In this document: positions 18,572 to 27,460 of the stretch, piece by piece
Layout of the letters: the number at the start of each line of letters is the position of its first letter
Position numbering within the stretch: the stretch's first letter is position 1
Notes under the pieces: generated by a model
What the model saw: only the letters and a program-made list of their open reading frames with translations
The model's database searches: none
Told to the model about the DNA's origin: nothing
Assembly (NCBI GenBank): GCA_964578305.1
Contig: CAZOCM010000002.1
Location: forward strand, 958-64,957
Direction: 5' to 3'
From: an uncultured Candidatus Saccharibacteria bacterium
GTDB lineage: Bacteria; Patescibacteriota; Saccharimonadia; Saccharimonadales; UBA4665
Length of the DNA: 64,000 nt
Position numbers and translations under genes: made by a program

Positions 18572-18838
18572 ATGCGACTTGTAATTTTATACCGTCCAAA
18601 TTCAGAACATAGAAACCTAATTGAAGACTTCATCAGGGATTATAGAAATCGCAATGCATCTAGTACTATTGAAATAATCGACATTGATTCTAGGGAAGGA
18701 ATAGCAATGGGCACTCTATATGATGTGGTATCCTACCCGGCAATTCTAGTAACTACAAATGATGGTACTGTCCAAAAAATTTGGCAAGGTGTCGAACTAC
18801 CCCTTATGGATGAAGTGGCTAGCTATGTTAATGCCTAA
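18572..18838 (+). CDS. Thioredoxin-fold-like small protein lacking redox cysteines
   Basis: About 88 aa with a beta-alpha-beta pattern. RPNSEH sits where CxxC is expected, and a cis-Pro-like SYPAILV is present. There are no Cys at all. The ATG at 18572 is preferred over the TTG at 18566. Confidence 0.45.
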   Translation: MRLVILYRPNSEHRNLIEDFIRDYRNRNASSTIEIIDIDSREGIAMGTLYDVVSYPAILVTTNDGTVQKIWQGVELPLMDEVASYVNA

Positions 18839-18865
18839 AGTTTATGTTAAACTTAAATAAATCCG

Positions 18866-19040
18866 TTTGAGCGGCTATCTACCGTAAGGAGTGAGAAGAA
18901 CAGCTATTAAGCTTAATAGAACTCACCGGCTAATGTCCGTAAAATCATTAATTAAGAGCTTTTGAGTAAATACACCTCAATGGAAACCGGATGGTACCAC
19001 CTTATATAAGGGTTCCGGTAAATCCTCAGGGGTGTTTTTT
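18866..19040 (+). promoter_or_regulatory. T-box leader (tRNA-Ile-sensing) upstream of ileS
   Basis: The T-box sequence AAACCGGAUGGUACCACC (18984..19001) folds as helix A1 ACCGGA/UCCGGU, a 7-nt bulge UGGUACC, and helix A2 ACCU/GGGU. The upstream stem has a GUGAG/CUCAC pairing and a 16-nt palindrome. AUC lies at 18877..18879. Confidence 0.6.
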
Positions 19041-19052
19041 GTAGGAGAAATA

Positions 19053-21965
19053 ATGAAGTTTAAGAAAAATACTAAACGACAACCGCTTGTTTACGAAAAG
19101 GAGCTTGTTAAGTATTGGAAAGAAAATCAAATATTTGAAAAATCTGTAGAGTTTCGCTCAGAAAATAACAGATATGTTTTTTATGATGGCCCACCTTTTA
19201 TAACCGGAGTACCACATTATGGAAATTTACTCTCTTGCATAGTTAAAGATACTATTCCGCGTTATTGGACTATGAAAGGCAAAAGAGTTGAAAGAGTTTG
19301 GGGCTGGGATTGCCACGGTTTACCAGCAGAAGTATTTACAGAACAAAAATTAGGGATCAAAGACAAGAGAGATATAGGTACAAAAGTATCATTAGAAGAG
19401 TACATTAACACTTGCAGAACCAATATGGTCCAAACTGGTAACGAGTGGGAAGAAATTATAGATAGAATAGGCCGCTGGGTTGATTTCAGGGGCGCATATA
19501 AAACTATGGATAAAGATTACATGGAATCAGTCTGGTGGGCATTTAAAGAGTTACATAGCGCCGGTAAGATTTATGAGGGCGAAAAAGTACTTCTTTATTG
19601 CACTAGGGACGCAACACCTATTAGTAAAGCTGAAGTAGCCATGGATAATTCATATAAAGAAGTAACTGACCCCTCGGTATATGTAAAATTCCCAGTAGAA
19701 GGCGAAAACTACTCATTGTTAGCCTGGACAACAACACCTTGGACTTTACTTGCTAATACTGCGATTGCAGTTAATAAAACACTCGATTATTGTTTAATTA
19801 AAGTCGATCAAGACAATTTAGTAATTGCCGAAGAATTATTAAGTAAAGTCTTATTAGATAATGAAAATAAACCTCTTAAGTATAAGGTATTAAAAAAGAT
19901 TAAGGGTAGTGAACTATTAGGAAAAAAATATAAACCACTTTTTAATAACAGAGGACAGAATGCACACAAAATATGGCATGCGGATTATATTTCAACTGAT
20001 GAAGGGACTGGTATAGTGCATATTGCACCAGCGTATGGTGAGGATGATTTTCAGTTAGCGAAAGAAAACGACATACCAATAATTTCTGTTTTAGACGATA
20101 ACGGTCTTTTTACTGAAGGTAAGTGGCAAGGAATAAACGTTTGGGAAAGCAATAAAAATATTGCTAAAGAACTTATTAATCAAAATATTATTTGGAAAGT
20201 TCACTATTATCAGCACAGTTACCCACATTGTCATAGATGTGGTACAAGACTAATGTATCGTGCTCATCCAAGTTGGTTTTTGAATGTATCAGATGAAAAA
20301 CAACTTATGCTAGAGCAAAACTCAAACATTTATTGGTTTCCCGAACATATAAAAAATGGGCGATTTGCCAATACTGTCGCCAGTGCACCAGATTGGAATA
20401 TTAGTCGAGATCGATTTTGGGCAACTGCAATGCCTGTTTGGAAAGGATTCGATGAACAAGGTAATGCTTATACAAAAGTAGTTGGATCTTACTCTGAGTT
20501 AGAGAAGTTATCGGGAAAAGTATTAGAAGACTATCATCGACCATGGATAGATGATATTACGTTTAATATCGACGGTATTGAGTATAAAAGAATAGATAAA
20601 GTACTTGATTGTTGGTTTGAAAGTGGTTCGATGCCGTTTGCTCAATTTCATTATCCATTTGAAAATGTTGATAAATTCGAACAAAATTTTCCTGGAGACT
20701 TTATATCTGAATATGTTGGTCAAGTAAGAGCCTGGTTTTATTATCTACATGCCGTTTCAGTAACACTTTTCCGTAAGAATTCATTTAAAAACGTAATTGT
20801 AACTGGAACATTAGCTGGAAATGATGGTCGCAAAATGAGTAAAAGTTTCGGTAACTTTACCGATCCAAATGAACTCTTAGATAAATACAGCGCAGATTCT
20901 TTAAGATTATTGCTTCTAGGCAGCCCTGTTCTTAACGGAGAGGACTTTTCTCTTCAAGATAAAGAAGTAGCTGATACATTTAGGAAATTAAATATGATAT
21001 GGAATATCTATGACTTCTTTAGTCTATACGCTGAAGTTGACAAGTGGGAATCAGGATTAAAAATAGGTGATATTCCAGAAGATCCGACTTCTATTTTAAC
21101 CAATCAGCTTGATATTTGGATAGTTTCCAGAATCCATCAACTTACAGATGAAGTATCTGCCAATATGGATAAATATGATATAGCTAACGCCGTTAAACCA
21201 CTCATACCTTTTATAGATGATGCATCAAACTGGTATGTTAGGCGAAGTAGAAAAAGATTTTGGAAAAGCACAAACGATAAAGATAAAAAAGATGCCTATA
21301 AAACTCTCCACTATGTTTTATTAAGACTAAGTATATTAATGGGGCCCTTTACTCCTTTTCTATCTGAAGAGCTATACATGTTACTTACTAATGGTCAGTC
21401 AGTCCACTTACTTAATTGGCCAAGTACCGGAATGATCAATGAAATGGTCATAAATAAAATGAGTTTTATCAGGGACGTCATAACAATTGGCTTAGCACAA
21501 CGTGCTGCTCAAGGTATTAAAGTTAGACAACCTTTACCTAGCGTAACTATTAAAGGAGCACCCCTATATATTGATGATATTGAAGAGGATTACATAAACA
21601 TAATTAAAGAAGAATTAAATGTTAAAGAGGTTCAATATAATACGACTGGTAATAAACAAACTATTACTTTAGATACTCTTATTACGCCAGTACTAGAGAG
21701 TGAAGGACTGATGAGAGAAGTTATTAGATTTATTCAACAAGATCGAAAATTAAATAAATTTGAAGTTGATGATCGTATAAACATTGAAATAAAAACTAAT
21801 GACAAGAAGGTAATTTTAATGACTGATAATGAAGAATTTACAGAAGTAATTAAAAGAGAAACACTAGCCAATTCTCTAAAAGTACACGAAAACCAAATGC
21901 TAAAAGAAGGTTATAAGATAAATAATCAACTAATACAATTCAAGTTATCAAAACAAAAGAAGTAA
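19053..21965 (+). CDS. ileS: Isoleucyl-tRNA synthetase
   Basis: HIGH-type PHYGN and KMSKS motifs, with an editing domain. The ATG at 19053 with an AGGAGA SD is preferred over the GTG at 19032. Confidence 0.95.
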   Translation: MKFKKNTKRQPLVYEKELVKYWKENQIFEKSVEFRSENNRYVFYDGPPFITGVPHYGNLLSCIVKDTIPRYWTMKGKRVERVWGWDCHGLPAEVFTEQKLGIKDKRDIGTKVSLEEYINTCRTNMVQTGNEWEEIIDRIGRWVDFRGAYKTMDKDYMESVWWAFKELHSAGKIYEGEKVLLYCTRDATPISKAEVAMDNSYKEVTDPSVYVKFPVEGENYSLLAWTTTPWTLLANTAIAVNKTLDYCLIKVDQDNLVIAEELLSKVLLDNENKPLKYKVLKKIKGSELLGKKYKPLFNNRGQNAHKIWHADYISTDEGTGIVHIAPAYGEDDFQLAKENDIPIISVLDDNGLFTEGKWQGINVWESNKNIAKELINQNIIWKVHYYQHSYPHCHRCGTRLMYRAHPSWFLNVSDEKQLMLEQNSNIYWFPEHIKNGRFANTVASAPDWNISRDRFWATAMPVWKGFDEQGNAYTKVVGSYSELEKLSGKVLEDYHRPWIDDITFNIDGIEYKRIDKVLDCWFESGSMPFAQFHYPFENVDKFEQNFPGDFISEYVGQVRAWFYYLHAVSVTLFRKNSFKNVIVTGTLAGNDGRKMSKSFGNFTDPNELLDKYSADSLRLLLLGSPVLNGEDFSLQDKEVADTFRKLNMIWNIYDFFSLYAEVDKWESGLKIGDIPEDPTSILTNQLDIWIVSRIHQLTDEVSANMDKYDIANAVKPLIPFIDDASNWYVRRSRKRFWKSTNDKDKKDAYKTLHYVLLRLSILMGPFTPFLSEELYMLLTNGQSVHLLNWPSTGMINEMVINKMSFIRDVITIGLAQRAAQGIKVRQPLPSVTIKGAPLYIDDIEEDYINIIKEELNVKEVQYNTTGNKQTITLDTLITPVLESEGLMREVIRFIQQDRKLNKFEVDDRINIEIKTNDKKVILMTDNEEFTEVIKRETLANSLKVHENQMLKEGYKINNQLIQFKLSKQKK

Positions 21966-22057
21966 TTCATAGATCAACAGATTGCTTTACAGGTATAGTT
22001 TATTTTGTTATGCTCTATCGGTAACTTTATTTTTGGAATTAATTAATTACGGTTTAT

Positions 22058-22363
22058 ATGAAAAAAGCAGTTATTCAAACTGGTGGTAAGCAGTATCTTG
22101 TCTCTGAAGGAGATGAAATTAATGTTGAATTAATTAAATCTGAGAAAAAATCTATATTATTTGATGCACTTCTAATTATTGAAGATAAAGTGACTGAAAT
22201 AGGTAAACCAACTCTAGAAAAAAAGGTAACAGCAGATATTATTAATAGTGAAGTTCAAGGAGAAAAAGTAACTTCAGTAAGATATAAAGCTAAGAAAAGA
22301 GTCAGAAAAGTTAAAGGTCACCGTCAAAAGAGGACTTTACTAAAAGTAAAAAAGATAGCATAG
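22058..22363 (+). CDS. rplU: 50S ribosomal protein L21
   Basis: N-terminus AVIQTGGKQYLVSEGDEI and the basic tail KGHRQKRT are typical of L21. Confidence 0.9.
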   Translation: MKKAVIQTGGKQYLVSEGDEINVELIKSEKKSILFDALLIIEDKVTEIGKPTLEKKVTADIINSEVQGEKVTSVRYKAKKRVRKVKGHRQKRTLLKVKKIA

Positions 22364-22577
22364 AAAAATTAAAATTGAATGTGGAAAAGTACTTACGCTT
22401 TTTTCAACCGTTAAGTTTATAACAACAATTTATAATCATTTTATATAAAGTAAAGAGTAAAATTTAAAGCTGTATAAGATAAAAAATAATATATGTAGTA
22501 AAAACCTCTACGAATAACTGTAAAAATATTACAAAGTATACATTTTATATTGCATTATTAATTTATTCAAAAAGTAC

Positions 22578-22606
22578 TTGAATAGCGTTAATGTCTAAGG
22601 GATACT
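22578..22606 (+). promoter_or_regulatory. Candidate promoter TTGAAT-N17-GATACT driving a short non-coding transcript
   Basis: Hexamers at 22578..22583 and 22601..22606 with a 17-nt spacer. No ORF follows apart from a 5-codon ATG..TAA. Confidence 0.35.
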
Positions 22607-22612
22607 AACTAT

Positions 22613-22730
22613 ACGGGGTTGGAGTCTGGAAGCAGATCTATTCCCCAACCAACAAACAGGGGTTAAAATCAAACAAAAATAGATTAATATGCCTCTCTTA
22701 TAAATTAAAGTAAGGGAGGCATATTTTTAT
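22613..22730 (+). ncRNA. Candidate small RNA of about 118 nt (unclassified)
   Basis: Bounded by the predicted promoter and a strong terminator. 5' hairpin at 22617..22650 (GGTTGG/CCAACC, inner AG-TCTG/CAGA-CT, GAAG loop), then an A-rich single-stranded stretch. No known RNA family recognised. Confidence 0.3.
22689..22730 (+). terminator. Intrinsic terminator
   Basis: 12-bp stem ATGCCTCTCTTA / TAAGGGAGGCAT (one G-U pair) with a 10-nt loop, followed by ATTTTTAT. Confidence 0.7.
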
Positions 22731-22778
22731 TTAAGAAGTAAATACATCTATACTGTATCTGTTATACTAACTATAAAC

Positions 22779-23537
22779 ATGACAAGTAATATTATTGCGA
22801 TTGTTAATCAAAAGGGTGGGGTTGGTAAAACAACTTCAGCTATCAATATTGCAGCAAATATAGCAAATCGTAATAAGAAAGTATTATTAGTTGATTTAGA
22901 TCCACAAGGCAATTCTACGAGCGGGTTAGGTATTGCAAAAGAAAAAGGACCAACGACTTATGATTTATTATGCGAGGGCATGGATTTAGTGGATATAGTT
23001 CAAGAAACCCATGTCGCACAATTATATATAATTCCAGCAAATGCTCATTTGGCTGGAGCAGAAATAGAATTTGTGAATCGTAATGATAGAGAGTTTATTT
23101 TAAAGCACGCTCTTAACAAATCTGAATTTGAATACATTTTTATTGACTGTCCACCATCATTGGGTCTTTTGACAATAAACGCTTTGACAGCATGCACAAA
23201 AGTTTTAATTCCAGTCCAAACCGAGTTCTATGCTTTAGAAGGCCTTAGCCAACTACTAAATACTGTTCAAGCAATTAAATCATCCACCAATCCAAACTTA
23301 GAAATGTTAGGGGTTGTTTTAACCATGTACGATAAGAGAAATTCACTGAGCGAACAAGTATATAAAGAAGTACAGAATTATTTTGGAGACAAGTTATTTA
23401 AAACTGTCATTCCAAGAAATGTTAGATTAGCTGAAGCTCCGAGTTTTGGACAAACTATATTCGAACATGATAAATGGAGTAAAGGCGCCAGAGCATACAA
23501 GTCATTAACTAAAGAGATCGCAAATATTATTAACTAG
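22779..23537 (+). CDS. parA: ParA/Soj-family partition ATPase
   Basis: Deviant Walker A NQKGGVGKTTSA and DCPPSLG. C-terminal RNVRLAEAPSFGQ. Confidence 0.9.
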   Translation: MTSNIIAIVNQKGGVGKTTSAINIAANIANRNKKVLLVDLDPQGNSTSGLGIAKEKGPTTYDLLCEGMDLVDIVQETHVAQLYIIPANAHLAGAEIEFVNRNDREFILKHALNKSEFEYIFIDCPPSLGLLTINALTACTKVLIPVQTEFYALEGLSQLLNTVQAIKSSTNPNLEMLGVVLTMYDKRNSLSEQVYKEVQNYFGDKLFKTVIPRNVRLAEAPSFGQTIFEHDKWSKGARAYKSLTKEIANIIN

Positions 23538-24417
23538 ATTTCTTAATCAATTTTACAATTCTGTCTAAATCATCATCTGAATCAAATGAAATTTCTAATT
23601 TCCCTCCATATGCCATTCTTTTAATACTTACCTGAGTCTCTAAAATTTTAGCCAGCATCTTAGTTGCAGGTGATTCAGTTTTAGTTCTGGAGTGTGCAAC
23701 TTTATTTTCTTTTACACCTTCTTTTATGCTGATAACATATCTTTCTGCTTGTCGAACATTCCAATGATATTTAATTATTGTATTGAGCAAATATTGTTGT
23801 CTTTCGGGGTCATCTTTTAATGAAAGTATAGCCCTAGCATGTCCTTCTGAGATTTTTCCATCATGTAAAGCTTTTTTTGCTTCTTCCGGTAGTTGGAGTA
23901 ATCTTGCAATATTTGAAACTGTTGAATGTGCTTTTCCTAATTTTTTAGCTATTTCATCAATTGACATTGAAAATTGATTTAGTAAGCTATCAATTCCAAG
24001 CGCTTGTTCTAGCGGATTTAAGTCTACTCTTTGGATATTTTCAATCATAGCTAACTCAATTTGTTCCAATTCTTTTGTACTTCGAATTATTACCGGAACT
24101 GTTTTTAGCTTAGCAATAGCAGCAGCTCGCCAACGTCTTTCACCAGCAATAATAGTGTATTTATTGTTCTTAATCGTGCTAACTAATAAAGGCTGAATAA
24201 TCCCATGTTGTTTAATAGAATCGGCAAGTTCATTTAAATCAAATTCTTTAAATATTCTTCTTGGTTGTTGAGGGTTAACTTGAATTTTTTCAAGAGGGAT
24301 TAGTTCAATACTCGAAGATTTATTCGTAATTAAAGATTTATCAAAATCTTCGGATATTAATGCACTAAAACCTTTACCTAACCCATATTTTTTATGCTGA
24401 GGTTGACTTTTTACCAT
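23530..24417 (-). CDS. parB: ParB/Spo0J chromosome partition protein
   Basis: GLGKGFSALI N-terminus, the GERRWRAA box (CTP-binding region), and an HTH (IDEIAKKLGKAHSTVSN). Confidence 0.9.
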   Translation of the reverse strand: MVKSQPQHKKYGLGKGFSALISEDFDKSLITNKSSSIELIPLEKIQVNPQQPRRIFKEFDLNELADSIKQHGIIQPLLVSTIKNNKYTIIAGERRWRAAAIAKLKTVPVIIRSTKELEQIELAMIENIQRVDLNPLEQALGIDSLLNQFSMSIDEIAKKLGKAHSTVSNIARLLQLPEEAKKALHDGKISEGHARAILSLKDDPERQQYLLNTIIKYHWNVRQAERYVISIKEGVKENKVAHSRTKTESPATKMLAKILETQVSIKRMAYGGKLEISFDSDDDLDRIVKLIKKSS

Positions 24418-24458
24418 ATAAGTTCAATATACCATAACAAAAAAATTGAATTTAGTTG

Positions 24459-25088
24459 CTAATAAGCTTTTATTTGGTTTGCAGGGAATACTCTGAGAAT
24501 TAATTTACCAATTATTTGATCAGCATTTATTGGCCCAAATGATCTCGAATCCAATGAATCTGGTCTATTATCTCCTTCAACGAAAACTTGATTAGTTCCT
24601 ACAGTAATATTTAAATCACCCGAAGTAGGGGGTATATCTTTCCCATAAGGGAGCGTTTTATCCGGTTCAAATCCTTGAGGATGTGCCTTATTGTAAATTT
24701 TTACGACATTATTATTAACCACCACTTTATCATGGGGTAACCCGATCACTCTTTTTATCAACTGCTTAGTATCTTGTTGTCCGAACGCACTCAACCCACT
24801 TTCACTAAAAACTATTATGTCGCCTCTATTGGGAATATAAGGTGTCCCTGTAATCTTTGACCAGGTCCTTGGCATCTTCCAAATAATTAATTTATCACCA
24901 TTATGTAGGGTGTTTTCCATGCTAGGACCATCAACTTGATATGACCTAAAGATAAAAGCAATTATTAATAGTGCAACTATCAAGGCTGTAACTAAAATTG
25001 CTATTGTTGAAACAAACTCTCGAACATTAGAATTTGAATTATTGTCAGATAGAATAGGTTTATTCTCAGTCTCTTGACCATTATCCAT
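24459..25088 (-). CDS. lepB: Signal peptidase I
   Basis: A TM segment is followed by the catalytic DGPSMENTL (Ser) and KRVIGLPHD (Lys), then GDNRPDSLDSR. The ATG at 25088 is preferred over the TTG at 25112. Confidence 0.9.
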   Translation of the reverse strand: MDNGQETENKPILSDNNSNSNVREFVSTIAILVTALIVALLIIAFIFRSYQVDGPSMENTLHNGDKLIIWKMPRTWSKITGTPYIPNRGDIIVFSESGLSAFGQQDTKQLIKRVIGLPHDKVVVNNNVVKIYNKAHPQGFEPDKTLPYGKDIPPTSGDLNITVGTNQVFVEGDNRPDSLDSRSFGPINADQIIGKLILRVFPANQIKAY

Positions 25089-25163
25089 ATAACACTTCAC
25101 TATAGCATACAAAAAAGACTTTACTCATAAGCATAATCAGGTTATACTTTTATAGCACCAGAG

Positions 25164-26729
25164 ATGGATAGGTCACTAAACAGGCGGCCTGAAATACAAA
25201 AACAGAGCCAAACACAAAAAAACACCTTTGATAATCAGTTTTCCGTGGCGAAGGTTTCTTTAAAGCACATTAAAAATACAATTCCAAATACAGCTCTTTT
25301 AGCAAGACGACAGCCAATTGATATGGAGTTACCAGGAGAAATAGAAACTCTCAGAATACATAAATTATTATCTCGAAATAAATGGCGAAGATTAAGAAGA
25401 AATACTACTAAAGCCTTCGCGATATCACTAATCTTAATGATTATATTTGGCGGATTTATATTTTCCCAAAATTATTTAAAGATTCACAAAGTTTTCAGAG
25501 GTGGGACTGCAAGTGTCGCTGCCCTTAAAGCAAATGTTAACCCTTCTTTATTAAGAGGGGAAGGTAGCGGTCGAGTCAATATATTACTTCTTGGTCGGGG
25601 TGGCGGTAATCATGAAGGACCAGATTTAACAGATTCATTAATGATTGTAAGTATTGATCCAGTAAATTCAAAAGCTACACTTCTTAGTTTACCTAGAGAC
25701 CTTTGGGTTAATGTGCCTGGTGCAGGTGTTATGAAAATAAATTCTGCATGGGAAAACGGTGAATTTAAATATATTGGAAAAGTTTCTCCAGGCAGTACAG
25801 ATCCAAATGCAATTTCAGCAGGTTTTAGCCAAGTAGATCAAACTGTAAACCAAGTACTAGGATTAAATATCAACTATAACCTAATTGTAGATTTTCAAGC
25901 ATTTCAACAAGCAGTTGATACGCTCGGTGGTATAAGCGTCAATGTTCCAGCTTCTTTGAATGATCCTACGATGGCATGGGAAAACTCAAATAATCCAATA
26001 TTAGTTCAAGCTGGTCTGCAAACCTTAACAGGTAAAAAAGCACTCCTATACGCTAGATCTAGAGAAACTACCAGCGATTTTGCGAGAGCTCAGCGACAAA
26101 GAGATTTGCTTTTAGCAATCGAATCAAAAGCTTTGACGCTTCAAACTTTGAGTGATCCATTGAAAGTCGGTAATTTAATTAATGAATTTGGTAACAATGT
26201 CGCAAGTGATATATCAATAAAAGATGCAGTAAAGATGTATAAAATATTTAGCAAAGTTGATATAGAAAATGTAAATTCAATTGATTTAAATAATGGTGCT
26301 AATAGAATCACAACTGGGAATATGAATGGTCAATCAATAGTTTTACCAGCTGCTGGTTTATTTGACTATTCTCAGATCCGTAAATTTATTTCCTCACAAT
26401 TCATTGATCCATATATTTTAAAGGAGAATGCTAAGATATTTATTTTAAATGGAACTAATACTCCTGGTTTGGCAACAAATTTTACAAATACTTTAAAGTC
26501 TATAGGTTATAACATAACTGGAGAAGCGAACACACCTGATAATAGTTGGACACAAACCTCTATAATTCAGCTTAATTCAAAAGATAAATACACTAATCAC
26601 TTTTTAGACAGAAGGTTCAATGTCAAATCTCTTAATAAATTACCAAGTGGGATCACAACAAATGGAGCTGACTTTGTTATCATATTAGGTAGCAATGAGG
26701 TTAATGCTAGCCAAAATCAAACCAACTAG
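25164..26729 (+). CDS. LytR-CpsA-Psr (LCP) family cell-wall glycopolymer transferase with a C-terminal LytR_C-like domain
   Basis: An N-terminal TM segment is followed by NILLLGRGGG..DSLMIVSIDP..LLSLPRDLWV and the YARSRE..DFARAQRQ motifs. Confidence 0.85.
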   Translation: MDRSLNRRPEIQKQSQTQKNTFDNQFSVAKVSLKHIKNTIPNTALLARRQPIDMELPGEIETLRIHKLLSRNKWRRLRRNTTKAFAISLILMIIFGGFIFSQNYLKIHKVFRGGTASVAALKANVNPSLLRGEGSGRVNILLLGRGGGNHEGPDLTDSLMIVSIDPVNSKATLLSLPRDLWVNVPGAGVMKINSAWENGEFKYIGKVSPGSTDPNAISAGFSQVDQTVNQVLGLNINYNLIVDFQAFQQAVDTLGGISVNVPASLNDPTMAWENSNNPILVQAGLQTLTGKKALLYARSRETTSDFARAQRQRDLLLAIESKALTLQTLSDPLKVGNLINEFGNNVASDISIKDAVKMYKIFSKVDIENVNSIDLNNGANRITTGNMNGQSIVLPAAGLFDYSQIRKFISSQFIDPYILKENAKIFILNGTNTPGLATNFTNTLKSIGYNITGEANTPDNSWTQTSIIQLNSKDKYTNHFLDRRFNVKSLNKLPSGITTNGADFVIILGSNEVNASQNQTN

Positions 26730-27444
26730 TGGTTTTTCATATTTTTTCCATTTACTTTTAGTATTAATTATTCCCATTGCTGTATATATTTTAGTAACGC
26801 TAAATTTCATTCAGCTCGCACTCAGTATAATTGTTTTAAGTAAGTGGCGTATGTTCGCTGTAAAACCTAGATTTTGGGCCGCAAATATTCGCGCTAATGC
26901 GGTAGATTTAATGGTCGGAATATCTATAGTTGCCTTCATGACTCAAACTGACAGCTCCTTAATAAGATTATTGTGGGTAACAATTTATGGATTCTGGCTT
27001 TTAGTAATCAAGCCGTCTAGTAATATTCCAATTGTTACTACCCAGGCATTTATTGCTCAATTGTTTGCCTTAATGGCTTTATATCTAGTATGGGCCAATG
27101 CGCCATTATACGCTTTAACAATATTGACAGGTTTATTTTGTTATTTAGCAGCAAGACACTTTTTAGATGCCTTTGAGGAACCATATTCAAGATTACTGGC
27201 TTTTAGCTGGGCATATTTTGGTGGTGCGCTAGCATGGTTGTTTAGCCACTGGTTACTCTACTATCACAGGATCTCTTTACCAGCAATTCTGTTAAGTAGT
27301 TTGGGTTATGGTTTAGCTTTATTATATTATCTGGATCATTTTGATAAATTAACGTTACTCTTAAAAAGGCAAATAATTTTTGTAATATTTGCGGTAGTTA
27401 TAGTTTTATTATTATTCTCAGATTGGGGAGATAAGCTAGTCTAA
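26695..27444 (+). CDS. Polytopic membrane protein, unknown function
   Basis: 249 aa with about 7 hydrophobic segments. The start is uncertain (M1 or M4). Overlaps the LCP gene 3' end. Confidence 0.5.
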   Translation: MRLMLAKIKPTSGFSYFFHLLLVLIIPIAVYILVTLNFIQLALSIIVLSKWRMFAVKPRFWAANIRANAVDLMVGISIVAFMTQTDSSLIRLLWVTIYGFWLLVIKPSSNIPIVTTQAFIAQLFALMALYLVWANAPLYALTILTGLFCYLAARHFLDAFEEPYSRLLAFSWAYFGGALAWLFSHWLLYYHRISLPAILLSSLGYGLALLYYLDHFDKLTLLLKRQIIFVIFAVVIVLLLFSDWGDKLV

Positions 27445-27460
27445 ATGAAAGGAGTGGGTA

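Noticed and set aside
22380-22388. DnaA-box-like TGTGGAAAA in the AT-rich gap next to parA, which might indicate oriC
   Set aside because: This is a single 8/9 match. I could not find a cluster of boxes, dnaA and dnaN are absent, and there is no clear strand-bias switch. That is not enough to call an origin.
22628-22635. GGAAGCAG in the candidate sRNA resembles the SRP RNA domain IV sequence
   Set aside because: The flanks do not form the GNRA-tetraloop helix or the symmetric and asymmetric loops of 4.5S RNA, and the 5' and 3' ends do not pair. I judge the resemblance coincidental.
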